From Clostridia bacterium (GTDB lineage: Bacteria > Bacillota > Clostridia > Oscillospirales > Acutalibacteraceae): a stretch of 64,000 nucleotides of DNA. The number at the start of each line of letters is the position of its first letter. The stretch's first letter is position 1. Of this stretch, positions 55,669-64,000 are shown piece by piece. Under the pieces are notes generated by a model that saw nothing but the letters and a program-made list of their open reading frames with translations, was not told the origin of the DNA and searched no databases. Made by a program: the position numbers and the translations under genes. The stretch is taken from NCBI GenBank assembly GCA_017546665.1, contig JAFYSE010000035.1, forward strand, positions 5,425 to 69,424. The letters run 5' to 3'.

Positions 55669-57591
55669 ATGTTTTATATGTTAAGAAGAATAATCGCATC
55701 AGTAATTGCAATAGTTATGACAGTTGCAGGAAATGTTGATTTTGCCAATGTAATATTTAAACCTGATTCAATTATGGCTGAGTATTATGTAAGCACAACA
55801 GGCGATGATAATAACGACGGTTCAATTGATAATCCGTTCGCTACTATTGAAAGAGCTCGTGATGCTGTGCGAAAAATCAGTAGCAATATGACAGGTAATA
55901 TTGTTGTATATATTGAAGAAGGTACTTATGCATTGAATGATACTCTTGAGTTTGATGAAAGAGATTCGGCAACGGGTGATTTTTACATAAAATATCAAGG
56001 TGAAGGTAAGGTTGTTATCAGTGGTGGAGAGAAAATAAATAATTTTATTCTTTGTGATGCTGAAAACAATATATATTCTGCAAAGGTCCCAGAAAATTCT
56101 TTATTCCGTCAGTTGTACATGAATGGTGAAAAATTAATAAGGGCAAAAAGTAATGATGATTATTCAACAAAAATTATCGGTGCATCAAGATTCAATGCAG
56201 ACGGCACAATGATTCCTGAAAATCTCAACACATGGAGTGAAGAAACACTCGTTCAAGCAGATTATGGTGAGATTTATCTTAATGCAGACGAATTTCAAGA
56301 TTTTAATAATCTCGAAGATGTTGAACTTCATATTTTGACCGCCTGGGTTAAAAATGTTGTTCGAGTAGAATCTGCAACTACTGAAAATGATGTAACAACT
56401 ATCAGAATACAGAAAAATGAAAATGACCTGATTTTTAATCGTCCTCATCCGGATATCGATGGTTATTCACATATGAATAATCATGAATTTACTTATTACA
56501 TAGAAAATGCATACGAGCTTATTGATGAGGATAATGAGTGGTATCTTGACGAAAAAACAGATACTGTTTATATAAAAGTACCTGCCAATATTGATATTAC
56601 AAATGCAGAAATTGTTATGCCAAGGCTTGAAACACTTATAAAAATTGAACCAACAAATAACAGCAAAATCAAGAATTTGGCTTTCGAAGGAATGAATTTC
56701 TGCTACAGTAATTGGACTGTACCATCAATAGACGGTCTTGTTGACATTCAAGCTGGTATGTATGCAAATTACTGTATTTATAAAACAAATGATATTGGTG
56801 TTTTAAGACCATCAGCCGGTATTTATGTTGCCGATACAGAGAACTTTGTAATTAAAAACTGCGTTGTAGAAAATATGGGTGCCGCAGGTGTTGATTTAAA
56901 TCGCGGAACATATAACTCTACAATTCAGGATAATATAATACAAAATATTGCAGGTAATGGTATTATGGTTGGACATTTTGCGGTTGATGAAAATACTGAT
57001 ATGCATATTGTTTATAACCCTGAGGACGAAGGTGAAATTTGTACGAATGACAGAATTGTCAACAACCTTATTACTCATATTGGTACAGATTATCAGAGTA
57101 GTGTTGCAATAGGTGCAGGTTATCCAAGAGGTATTCTTATTGCCAACAATGAAGTGTCATATGCTCCATATACAGGTATTTCAGTAGGCTTCGGTTGGTC
57201 AAGTGATGATAATGCTATGAAAGACAACAGAATACTTAATAATGATATTCATCATACAAGTCAGGTTCTTTGTGATGCAGGTGGTATATACACACTTTCA
57301 AAACAGCCTAATTCAGAAATCAGTGGCAACTATATTCACGATATTACATTACCCGAATGGGCTGATTATGCAACAAGTGGTATTTATATGGATGAACAAA
57401 CAGCAGGTTATACGGTTAAATATAATGTAATTGAAAATGGTTGGGGTGTTGGCAGAAATCGAACAGGTGAAAACGATTATCGCGAAAAAACAATTTATAT
57501 TGATAGTGATTGGCATCTAAATATAAACCCAATAAAGAAAAATGCTGGTATTAATAAAAACTTTGATACATATGCCAAATTGTTCTATTAA
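55669..57591 (+). CDS. Secreted right-handed parallel beta-helix (pectin-lyase-fold) protein, likely glycan-active
   Basis: The signal anchor is followed by YYVSTTGDDNNDGSIDNPFATIERA, typical of beta-helix proteins. Repeated PbH1-like NxxIxNNxI segments follow. ATG 55669 follows GGAGGGG. Confidence 0.7.
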   Translation: MFYMLRRIIASVIAIVMTVAGNVDFANVIFKPDSIMAEYYVSTTGDDNNDGSIDNPFATIERARDAVRKISSNMTGNIVVYIEEGTYALNDTLEFDERDSATGDFYIKYQGEGKVVISGGEKINNFILCDAENNIYSAKVPENSLFRQLYMNGEKLIRAKSNDDYSTKIIGASRFNADGTMIPENLNTWSEETLVQADYGEIYLNADEFQDFNNLEDVELHILTAWVKNVVRVESATTENDVTTIRIQKNENDLIFNRPHPDIDGYSHMNNHEFTYYIENAYELIDEDNEWYLDEKTDTVYIKVPANIDITNAEIVMPRLETLIKIEPTNNSKIKNLAFEGMNFCYSNWTVPSIDGLVDIQAGMYANYCIYKTNDIGVLRPSAGIYVADTENFVIKNCVVENMGAAGVDLNRGTYNSTIQDNIIQNIAGNGIMVGHFAVDENTDMHIVYNPEDEGEICTNDRIVNNLITHIGTDYQSSVAIGAGYPRGILIANNEVSYAPYTGISVGFGWSSDDNAMKDNRILNNDIHHTSQVLCDAGGIYTLSKQPNSEISGNYIHDITLPEWADYATSGIYMDEQTAGYTVKYNVIENGWGVGRNRTGENDYREKTIYIDSDWHLNINPIKKNAGINKNFDTYAKLFY

Positions 57592-57606
57592 AATCATAAT
57601 ATTTTA

Positions 57607-57635
57607 TAAAAAAAGAGTGACTGAAAAGTCACTCT
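57607..57635 (-). terminator. Intrinsic terminator of the perR-rbr operon
   Basis: On the minus strand: agagtgac-ttttca-gtcactct followed by a 7-nt T-run. Confidence 0.8.
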
Positions 57636-57671
57636 TAATTATTGTATGAGTTTTTATGCGAATAGGGGAGA

Positions 57672-58217
57672 TTAGTTGAAATATCTCTTCAAAAGACCTT
57701 CAAATGCTTTACCGTGTCTTGCCTCGTCACGAGCCATTTCGTGAACTGTATCGTGGATTGCATCAAGACCAAGTTCTTTTGCGCGTTTTGCAAGGTCAAA
57801 TTTACCCATTGTCGCACCGTTTTCAGCATCAACTCTCATTTCGAGATTTTTCTTTGTGCTATCTGTTACAACTTCACCAAGAAGTTCTGCAAATTTAGCA
57901 GCATGTTCTGCTTCTTCCCAAGCAGCTTTTTCCCAATAAAGACCGATTTCAGGATATCCTTCACGGTGTGCAACTCTTGCCATAGCAAGGTACATACCAA
58001 CTTCTGAACATTCACCCTCAAAGTTTGCACGAAGGTCCATAATAATATCTTCACGAACGCCCTGAGCTACACCAACAACATGTTCAGCTGCCCATGTTCT
58101 TTCATCTTCCTTGATTTCATTAAACTTGTCAGCAGGAACTTTGCACTGTGGGCATCTTTCTGGTGCTGCATCTCCTTCATGAACATAACCACATACAGAA
58201 CATACAAATTTTTTCAT
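57672..58217 (-). CDS. rbr: Reverse rubrerythrin (N-terminal rubredoxin-like domain, C-terminal diiron ferritin-like domain)
   Basis: The N-terminal [10 protein letters not shown]....CPQCKV is followed by EGE...E..H and EE.EH diiron motifs. The domain order is inverted relative to classical rubrerythrin. Confidence 0.9.
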   Translation of the reverse strand: MKKFVCSVCGYVHEGDAAPERCPQCKVPADKFNEIKEDERTWAAEHVVGVAQGVREDIIMDLRANFEGECSEVGMYLAMARVAHREGYPEIGLYWEKAAWEEAEHAAKFAELLGEVVTDSTKKNLEMRVDAENGATMGKFDLAKRAKELGLDAIHDTVHEMARDEARHGKAFEGLLKRYFN

Positions 58218-58242
58218 TTCTTTTTCCTCCAAAAATTAAAAT

Positions 58243-58623
58243 TTAATTTATTTTATTACAGTATTTGCAATGTCCGAAAGCCATTAAACTGTAATTATTT
58301 ACTTGACCGATAATATCATCCGAGAAGGTGATAGAGTCATTTTTAAATGACATTAAATCATATACTTTACCGCAGGTAATACATTTAAAATGTGCGTGGG
58401 GATTAACATTTCCATCAAAACGGTCATTTGAACCGTCAGGAATTCTTAAAACCATATTGTTCTCCTCAAGCTGTGTTAGGTTTCTGTATAAAGTTCCTAA
58501 GCTAAGATTAGGAATAATCTCACGAACCGAAAGATAAAGTTCCATAGCTGTTGGATGGTCATATCGTGAACATAATTCATTAATAATTGCATCACGCTGT
58601 TTGCTTTTTCTTTCAATTGCCAT
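58243..58623 (-). CDS. perR: Fur-family transcriptional regulator, PerR-like
   Basis: The winged helix has QRDAIINEL...HPTAMELY...ISLGTLYRNL. The CITCGKV and CKYC pairs form a structural zinc site. It lies 10 nt upstream of rubrerythrin. Confidence 0.8.
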   Translation of the reverse strand: MAIERKSKQRDAIINELCSRYDHPTAMELYLSVREIIPNLSLGTLYRNLTQLEENNMVLRIPDGSNDRFDGNVNPHAHFKCITCGKVYDLMSFKNDSITFSDDIIGQVNNYSLMAFGHCKYCNKIN

Positions 58624-58640
58624 TATTTCACCTCGTTAAC

Positions 58641-58653
58641 AGTAATGATTACT
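58641..58653. promoter_or_regulatory. Fur/PerR-box-like palindrome over the perR transcription start region
   Basis: AGTAAT-G-ATTACT is a perfect 6-1-6 palindrome resembling the nnAnAATnATTnTnn Fur-family half-sites. It lies 3 nt downstream of the -10. Confidence 0.5.
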
Positions 58654-58656
58654 ATT

Positions 58657-58684
58657 ATTATAACATAAAATTTTTATGTGTCAA
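58657..58684 (-). promoter_or_regulatory. Sigma-A promoter of perR-rbr
   Basis: The minus strand reads TTGACA-16 nt-(TGt)TATAAT. Confidence 0.6.
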
Positions 58685-58713
58685 TATAATTTTTTGAAAA
58701 AAGGTGTAAAAAT

Positions 58714-59910
58714 TTGAAAAAACTTATTATCTATATTATTCTTCTATCATTCACATTTTCTTCTTGTTCAAAGCCTAATAAACAAAACATAGAAAACGAT
58801 AAAAATGCTACACATAATAAAAAAATCATTGCAACATGGGTTACATATGAGGAAATAAAAATGCTTATTGATGCAACAAATAGTAAGAATGATTTTATAA
58901 ATTTGATTTATGAAAAATTAAACGTATTAAAAAACTATAAAGTAAACACCATTTTCCTTCATGTAAGAGCTTTTGATGATTGTTTTTATAAATCAGATAT
59001 TTATCCTGTAAGTATATATTGTTCAAATAAGGATGGTAGCCTAAAATACGATGTTTTAGAAATTTTCATAAATATTTGTAAGTTATTAGATATAAAATTA
59101 CACGCATGGGTTAATCCTTACAGAATTAGAAACGATTCTGCTATTAACAAAATTAATGAAAACACTTTGGCGTATAAATTTATAAACAATAAAAGTGAGA
59201 AAATTATAATTACTGAAAATGTAATATACTATAATCCTGCATATGTGGATATACAAAAATATATTATAGATGGGATTAAAGAAATTCTTGAAAATTATTC
59301 TGTGGATGGTATTCACATTGATGATTATTTTTATCCAACAACATCCACAATGATTGACAATAGTATTTTCACTAGTTATACAGTATCCGGCGGTAAACTA
59401 TCGTTAAATGATTTTCGAAGAAGAAACATAGATTCCTTAATTTCTTCAATTTACAGCTTAGTAAAAAGCTATGGTGATATATGCTTTTCTATTAGTCCTA
59501 ATGGTGATATCAATAAAAATTATAATGTATTATTTGCTGATGTAAAGAAATGGCTAAAAGAAGATGGCTATGTGGATTATATTATACCCCAAATATACTA
59601 TGGATATGAAAATGCGGATATGCCATTTAAATCTGTCATTAATGAATGGATACATGAAGATAATTCAAAAATTATTATTGGTTTAGGACTTTATAAATCA
59701 GGTAAAAAAGATAATTATGCAAAATCAGGGGAGAATGAGTGGATATTTAATTATGACATAATTTCAAGACAAATTAAAGATGTGTATAGAAATAATTATG
59801 CAGGTTTATCTGTATTTTCGTCATTATTACTTACGAATAAATCCGATAATTCAATCCTTGAAAAAGAGAAAATTAATATAATTAAAACAATGGAAATATA
59901 TGAAACTTGA
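58714..59910 (+). CDS. GHL10-type (YngK/YddW-like, UPF0748) glycoside-hydrolase-like lipoprotein
   Basis: The lipobox is LLSFTFSSC after a TTG start. The TIM-barrel-like motifs NTIFLHVRAFDD, HAWVNPYR and GIHIDDYFYP are typical of this family. Confidence 0.7.
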   Translation: MKKLIIYIILLSFTFSSCSKPNKQNIENDKNATHNKKIIATWVTYEEIKMLIDATNSKNDFINLIYEKLNVLKNYKVNTIFLHVRAFDDCFYKSDIYPVSIYCSNKDGSLKYDVLEIFINICKLLDIKLHAWVNPYRIRNDSAINKINENTLAYKFINNKSEKIIITENVIYYNPAYVDIQKYIIDGIKEILENYSVDGIHIDDYFYPTTSTMIDNSIFTSYTVSGGKLSLNDFRRRNIDSLISSIYSLVKSYGDICFSISPNGDINKNYNVLFADVKKWLKEDGYVDYIIPQIYYGYENADMPFKSVINEWIHEDNSKIIIGLGLYKSGKKDNYAKSGENEWIFNYDIISRQIKDVYRNNYAGLSVFSSLLLTNKSDNSILEKEKINIIKTMEIYET

Positions 59911-59966
59911 CGATTTTTGAGTTTTTTGTTAAAATTAATATGATTTTTATAAAGGATGTGAAAAAC

Positions 59967-62009
59967 TTGAAGTGTAAGTTTTTTAATAAACTTATATCTC
60001 TAATATTAGTGGTTTCTACGTTAGTTTCTTTTTCCGGTTTTCTTTCAGCCTACGCAAGTGATGAAGTGAAAAAGGGATATGTTACTGCTGATGATGGATT
60101 ATTTGTAAGAAAAAGCCCTACTACGACAAAAGATAATAAACTTGTACATAACGGAAAAAATGTTATGTTGTATGTTGGTCACGAGGTTTCAATTCTTGAA
60201 ACTGTAGATAGTGACGGTGATACAAATTACAAAACATGGTATCATATTACATTTCAGTATAATGGGGTTGAATTGGAAGGCTATGTTTATTCAGCTTATG
60301 TAAGAGTTGTACAAACACCATCAGGGGATATTGAATTACCAGAAGATGTTCCTGACATATATAAAGAATATATCGAAGAAATTGCACAAGTACATCCTAA
60401 TTGGAAATTCTTGTTTTATGACACAGGTGTTGAATGGTCATCATTAGTATCTGACGATGCACAAGGCGACCGTATGAAAAGTATGATTTATAAAACTTTC
60501 CCTTTGTCATATCGTTCAACAGAAACTGGATGCTATAATTGGGCAACCGATTCATGGATTGCAACTGATAGTGGTGGTTGGTATCACGCAAATGATAAAA
60601 CAATTTTCTACTATATGGACCCAAGAAATTTCTTAAATGAAAACAATATCTTTATGTTTGAAGCATTATCATATGATGAAAATACTCAAACTATTGATGG
60701 CGTTGAAAGAATTTTAAAAGGTACCTTTATGGAAGGCAAGACTATTACTGATACAAGTGGTAATAAAATCTCTTATGCTCAAGCATATATGGATGCCGCA
60801 AAGATTTCAGGTGTCAGTCCGTTCCATCTTGCATCAAGAACCGTTCAAGAGGTTGGCACAAATGGTAGCGGTTCTACCAGCGGTGTGTATCCTGGCTATA
60901 TTGGATATTACAATTATTATAATATACAAGCTGTTTCAGGTAGTAATCCTATTGCATCAGGATTAAAATATGCATCCGGAGTGAATGCATCGGAAACGGA
61001 AAAATCAAAATATATGTTACCTTGGAATTCACCATATAAAGCAATTGTTGGTGGTGCAAAGTGGATTGGCAACGGATACATTAATAACAATCAAGATACG
61101 CTTTACTATCAAAAATTCAATGTTGTAAATCAAAATTGGAACCATCAATATATGGCTAATATTACTGCTCCTGCAACAGAATCTGTAAATATCAAAAAAA
61201 CATATTTGAATTTGGGAATCATAGACCACAGTTTTACATTCATTATTCCATATTATAAAAATATGCCTGAAAAAGCTTGTGAATTGCCTGATTCATCAAA
61301 TGCAAGTCCAAACAACTGGTTAAGTACACTTACTGTAGAGGGTTATAATTTCGACTTTAGTGGCTCTAAAACAACCGGATATTCTATAAGTGTTCCTAAT
61401 TCGGTTTCTTATATTAATATAAGTGCTCAAACTGTCAATTCAAAAGCTTCTGTAAGTGGTAGCGGAAAGGTTTCCATCAAAGAAGGAATTAACCATTTGA
61501 AGATTGTTGTTACTGCTGAGAACGGAGATAAAAGAACATACAATCTTGAAGTAATACGTGGAAAAGCAGAAAAAATTCCACTAAAATCTATTTCCCTTGA
61601 TAAAACAACTTTGACATTATCATTAGGTGAAACACAAAACTTAACAGTTTCATATAACCCAATAGATACAACTGATGACAAGTCAATAATATGGTCTTCA
61701 TCTAATAGTAATGTTGTCAAGGTTGAAAATGGTAAAATTACTGCTATTGGTACGGGTGAGGCACTTATAACTGCAAAAGTTGGTAATTATTCTGCAACAT
61801 GCAAAATCATAGTTACTGATGATTATATGTTAGGTGATATCAATAATGACGGTAAGGTTTCAGCTATTGACGCTAGAAATGTTTTACAATATGTTGCTGG
61901 AATAAAAACATTTGATTCTAGACAACTAAAATGTGCTGATGTAAATAATGATGGTAAAATTACTGCATATGATGCAAGAATGATTTTACAAATTGCAGCG
62001 GAAATGTAA
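59967..62009 (+). CDS. Secreted multidomain GH73-type N-acetylglucosaminidase: SH3b, glucosaminidase, cadherin-like, Big_2 and dockerin domains
   Basis: The signal peptide is KFFNKLISLILVVSTLVSFSGFLSAYA. The SH3-like domain has GYVTADDGLFVRKSP...GYVYSAYV. The glucosaminidase domain has MDPRNFL, SPFHLASRTVQEVG and LYYQKFNV. The Big_2 domain has LSLGETQNLTVS...WSSSN..VVKV. Dockerin repeats are DINNDGKVSAIDARNVLQ and DVNNDGKITAYDARMILQ. The start is uncertain: TTG 59967, ATG 59940 or GTG 59958. Confidence 0.8.
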   Translation: MKCKFFNKLISLILVVSTLVSFSGFLSAYASDEVKKGYVTADDGLFVRKSPTTTKDNKLVHNGKNVMLYVGHEVSILETVDSDGDTNYKTWYHITFQYNGVELEGYVYSAYVRVVQTPSGDIELPEDVPDIYKEYIEEIAQVHPNWKFLFYDTGVEWSSLVSDDAQGDRMKSMIYKTFPLSYRSTETGCYNWATDSWIATDSGGWYHANDKTIFYYMDPRNFLNENNIFMFEALSYDENTQTIDGVERILKGTFMEGKTITDTSGNKISYAQAYMDAAKISGVSPFHLASRTVQEVGTNGSGSTSGVYPGYIGYYNYYNIQAVSGSNPIASGLKYASGVNASETEKSKYMLPWNSPYKAIVGGAKWIGNGYINNNQDTLYYQKFNVVNQNWNHQYMANITAPATESVNIKKTYLNLGIIDHSFTFIIPYYKNMPEKACELPDSSNASPNNWLSTLTVEGYNFDFSGSKTTGYSISVPNSVSYINISAQTVNSKASVSGSGKVSIKEGINHLKIVVTAENGDKRTYNLEVIRGKAEKIPLKSISLDKTTLTLSLGETQNLTVSYNPIDTTDDKSIIWSSSNSNVVKVENGKITAIGTGEALITAKVGNYSATCKIIVTDDYMLGDINNDGKVSAIDARNVLQYVAGIKTFDSRQLKCADVNNDGKITAYDARMILQIAAEM

Positions 62010-62010
62010 T

Positions 62011-62050
62011 AAAAAAATCCGTAATACATGTTTTGTATTACGGATTTTTT
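62011..62050. terminator. Bidirectional intrinsic terminator
   Basis: aaaaaaatccgtaataca-tgttt-tgtattacggatttttt, between convergent genes. Confidence 0.85.
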
Positions 62051-63022
62051 CTATATGTAATTATCTATAAATTTTAATATAGAAGACCAGTATAAATCCG
62101 GTTCGGCACAAGCATTTCGTGCGTGTGGCGAATCTGGAATTGTTAGTTTTTCTTTTTCACATGCAGCTGCATCATAAACCTTGTCTAACATTTCATAAGG
62201 AACAAAGGTATCTTTATCACCGTGAATAAAAATAGTTGGGGTTTTTGATTTTTTCAGTTGTTCAATAGAAGAAGCTTCTTTGAAATCAAAGCCGGAATAT
62301 ATTTTATTAACAGTATTTGCACAATACAATGTCGGAAATTCATGCATCTTAAAATTATTTGTAATTTTATTACTGAATATATCCCAAACAGAAGTATAGC
62401 CACAATCTGCAACAGCAACCTTTACATTTTCAGGTAATTCTTCACCAGTAACCATCATCGTTGTAGCTGCACCCATTGATTCTCCATGTAAAATAATTTT
62501 GGAATCAGGATAATTCTCAACAATAAAATTAATCCAATCTATTACATCAAATCTGTCTTTCCAACCCATCGTAACTGTTCCTTGCTCACTTTCAGCATGA
62601 CCATTAAGACTAGGCAGTATTACGTTATATCCCAATTCGTGATATTTTTGAGCATAAATGCCCATTCCACGAGGGCTAGATGTATAACCATGAATAATTA
62701 AAACAAATACATTACTTTTCTTATTGGGAAATATGTAATTAGCATGAAGGAATTTATCTGAAAAGGATGATTTAATTGCGAGGTCTTCTTTTTCTGCAGA
62801 ATCAAACCAATATTTACCTTTTTCTTTTATCGCATCAAGACGAAGTCGTTTTGCGTCCTTATTCTTTGAGCCACTCGCAATTTTTGCCACATAGGGATTT
62901 TTCATACCACTACGTGTAAGAGTAACATAATAAAAAACATTTCCAATCAAAAAATAGGTTGCACTGGCAGCAGTAAGAATTGCACCAGTAGTTTTAAGTA
63001 TTTTTTTCTGTTTTTCTTTCAT
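62051..63022 (-). CDS. Membrane-anchored alpha/beta hydrolase
   Basis: It has an N-terminal TM. The oxyanion region is HGYTSS, the nucleophile elbow is GESMG, and there are C-terminal HGDKD and H residues. Confidence 0.8.
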   Translation of the reverse strand: MKEKQKKILKTTGAILTAASATYFLIGNVFYYVTLTRSGMKNPYVAKIASGSKNKDAKRLRLDAIKEKGKYWFDSAEKEDLAIKSSFSDKFLHANYIFPNKKSNVFVLIIHGYTSSPRGMGIYAQKYHELGYNVILPSLNGHAESEQGTVTMGWKDRFDVIDWINFIVENYPDSKIILHGESMGAATTMMVTGEELPENVKVAVADCGYTSVWDIFSNKITNNFKMHEFPTLYCANTVNKIYSGFDFKEASSIEQLKKSKTPTIFIHGDKDTFVPYEMLDKVYDAAACEKEKLTIPDSPHARNACAEPDLYWSSILKFIDNYI

Positions 63023-63152
63023 AATAATTCCTCCTTGTGTCCTATACTACATCTTTTTACAAATTTTGTCCATTATTTTTTGATTTTTTATTGTTTTATT
63101 TTAATATATCTGTTAAAATAACATCTATAATTTATTAAAAGGATTTTGAGTT

Positions 63153-63878
63153 ATGGCGAATGATGTTACCATTATGAAAACTGCTATATTTGGTGGTTTT
63201 AAGAAATCAGATGTTCTTGCATTGATTGAAAACTTACAAAGTGAAACCGCTGATACAAAATTACTTCTTGATGAAAAAAGAAAGGAAGTAATGGAGTTAA
63301 GAGAAAAGCTTGATGAAGCTTATGAAAAGCTTGAAAAACTTAATGAAGTAAATGAACTTCTTTCTATTAAAGAAAAAGAAAATCAAGAGCTCTTAGAAAA
63401 ATTAGATAAGGCCCTTACAGAAAATAAAGAGTTAAGTGATAAATTAGTTGACATTGATAATAAATCAGAGAAGCTTCAGCGTGCTGAAAAGCAAATTGGC
63501 GCTGTTTATATTGATGCAAGACGTTATGCTGATGATTTAGTTGAAAATGCACGTTCAAAAGCTAAAGATATAGGTGCTATAGCTTCACAGGATATTAAAC
63601 GTGAATGCATTGAAATTGAAGGTCTTTTAAGAGATGTTGATGTCATTTCCAATAAATTTAATACATCTATTGAGCAGCTTCATAGAGATGTTTATGCTCT
63701 TAGTTCTAAATTAAATTCTTCAGCATCAAATTTATTAAATCTTCACACAGATTTAGCCGAGTTGAGCCCGGCAAATTTTGAATATAATTCCTTTTCATCT
63801 CCAGTTACTGATACAACTAATGTATCAAATGACAATGAAGACAACTGTGAATTTATCACAATATCTTACGAAGAATAA
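63153..63878 (+). CDS. Coiled-coil protein with a DivIVA-like N-terminus
   Basis: FGGFKKSDVLALIENL resembles the DivIVA N-terminal motif. Long heptad-rich E/K/L segments follow. Confidence 0.5.
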   Translation: MANDVTIMKTAIFGGFKKSDVLALIENLQSETADTKLLLDEKRKEVMELREKLDEAYEKLEKLNEVNELLSIKEKENQELLEKLDKALTENKELSDKLVDIDNKSEKLQRAEKQIGAVYIDARRYADDLVENARSKAKDIGAIASQDIKRECIEIEGLLRDVDVISNKFNTSIEQLHRDVYALSSKLNSSASNLLNLHTDLAELSPANFEYNSFSSPVTDTTNVSNDNEDNCEFITISYEE

Positions 63879-63898
63879 TTATATAACAGGTGACTTTA

Positions 63899-64000
63899 AT
63901 GAATTCACAAATATGCGAATTAAGAGATAAAATTATTTTAAAAGAATTTGAAAGAATGAATAATATGCAGTTAAAAGCGGTCTTGTCAGTTAATGGACCG
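63899..64000 (+). CDS. UvrD/PcrA-family helicase, N-terminal 34 codons only (continues past the window)
   Basis: MNSQICELRDKIILKEFERMNNMQLKAVLSVNGP matches the LNxxQxxAVxxxxGP lead-in to the Walker A of UvrD/PcrA helicases. ATG follows AGGTGA. Confidence 0.5.
   Translation, partial: MNSQICELRDKIILKEFERMNNMQLKAVLSVNGP

Noticed and set aside
59907-59966. Upstream extension of the GH73-dockerin ORF (TTG 59907 overlapping the GHL10 stop).
   Set aside because: It has no SD and would put 20 extra residues before a textbook signal peptide. TTG 59967, preceded by AAAGGA, fits better, although ATG 59940 cannot be excluded.
1-64000. A search by eye for mobile elements, prophage genes, toxin-antitoxin pairs, CRISPR-Cas, restriction-modification or other defence islands, and for tRNA and rRNA genes.
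   Set aside because: Every ORF over 100 aa is accounted for by housekeeping, sporulation, envelope or glycan functions. There are no transposase, integrase or recombinase motifs, no repeat-spacer arrays and no tRNA-like cloverleaf sequences in the intergenic gaps.

Overview
This is a 64 kb chromosomal segment from a low-G+C, spore-forming member of the Firmicutes/Clostridia. Sporulation genes present are spoIIID, spoVM and ytfJ/GerW. A C-terminal dockerin on one secreted enzyme hints at a Ruminococcus-like, cellulosome- or amylosome-bearing lineage, but that is inference only. Most of the window is conserved housekeeping. From about 36.4 to 51.1 kb it reproduces the Bacillus subtilis ylo gene order: rluB, yicC, remA, gmk, rpoZ, priA, def, fmt, rsmB, rlmN, prpC, prkC, rsgA, thiN, spoVM. 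Other core genes are ileS, trmK-nif3, rqcH, metK behind a SAM-I riboswitch, ribU behind an FMN riboswitch, manA plus an MFS transporter, ispD-ispF, cdaA-cdaR, a two-component system, prmC, scpA-scpB and a perR-rubrerythrin operon. Genes from 14.9 to 52.8 kb are all on the + strand. The accessory-looking parts are: (a) a 1671-aa secreted BspA-type LRR protein with near-identical C-terminal tandem repeats, preceded by a repeat-dense, structured 0.5 kb intergenic region; (b) an orphan Cys-type sulfatase; (c) an ECF sigma, anti-sigma and small secreted protein trio next to a GH95-like protein and a beta-helix protein; (d) a GHL10 lipoprotein and a multidomain GH73 glucosaminidase carrying a dockerin. 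I found no rRNA or tRNA genes, CRISPR array, transposase, integrase, phage genes or recognisable defence system. The best candidates for something undescribed are non-coding or regulatory. They are the structured element at 14.5-14.8 kb and the gene-context oddities around cdaA-cdaR and the ECF trio. None is proven from sequence alone.
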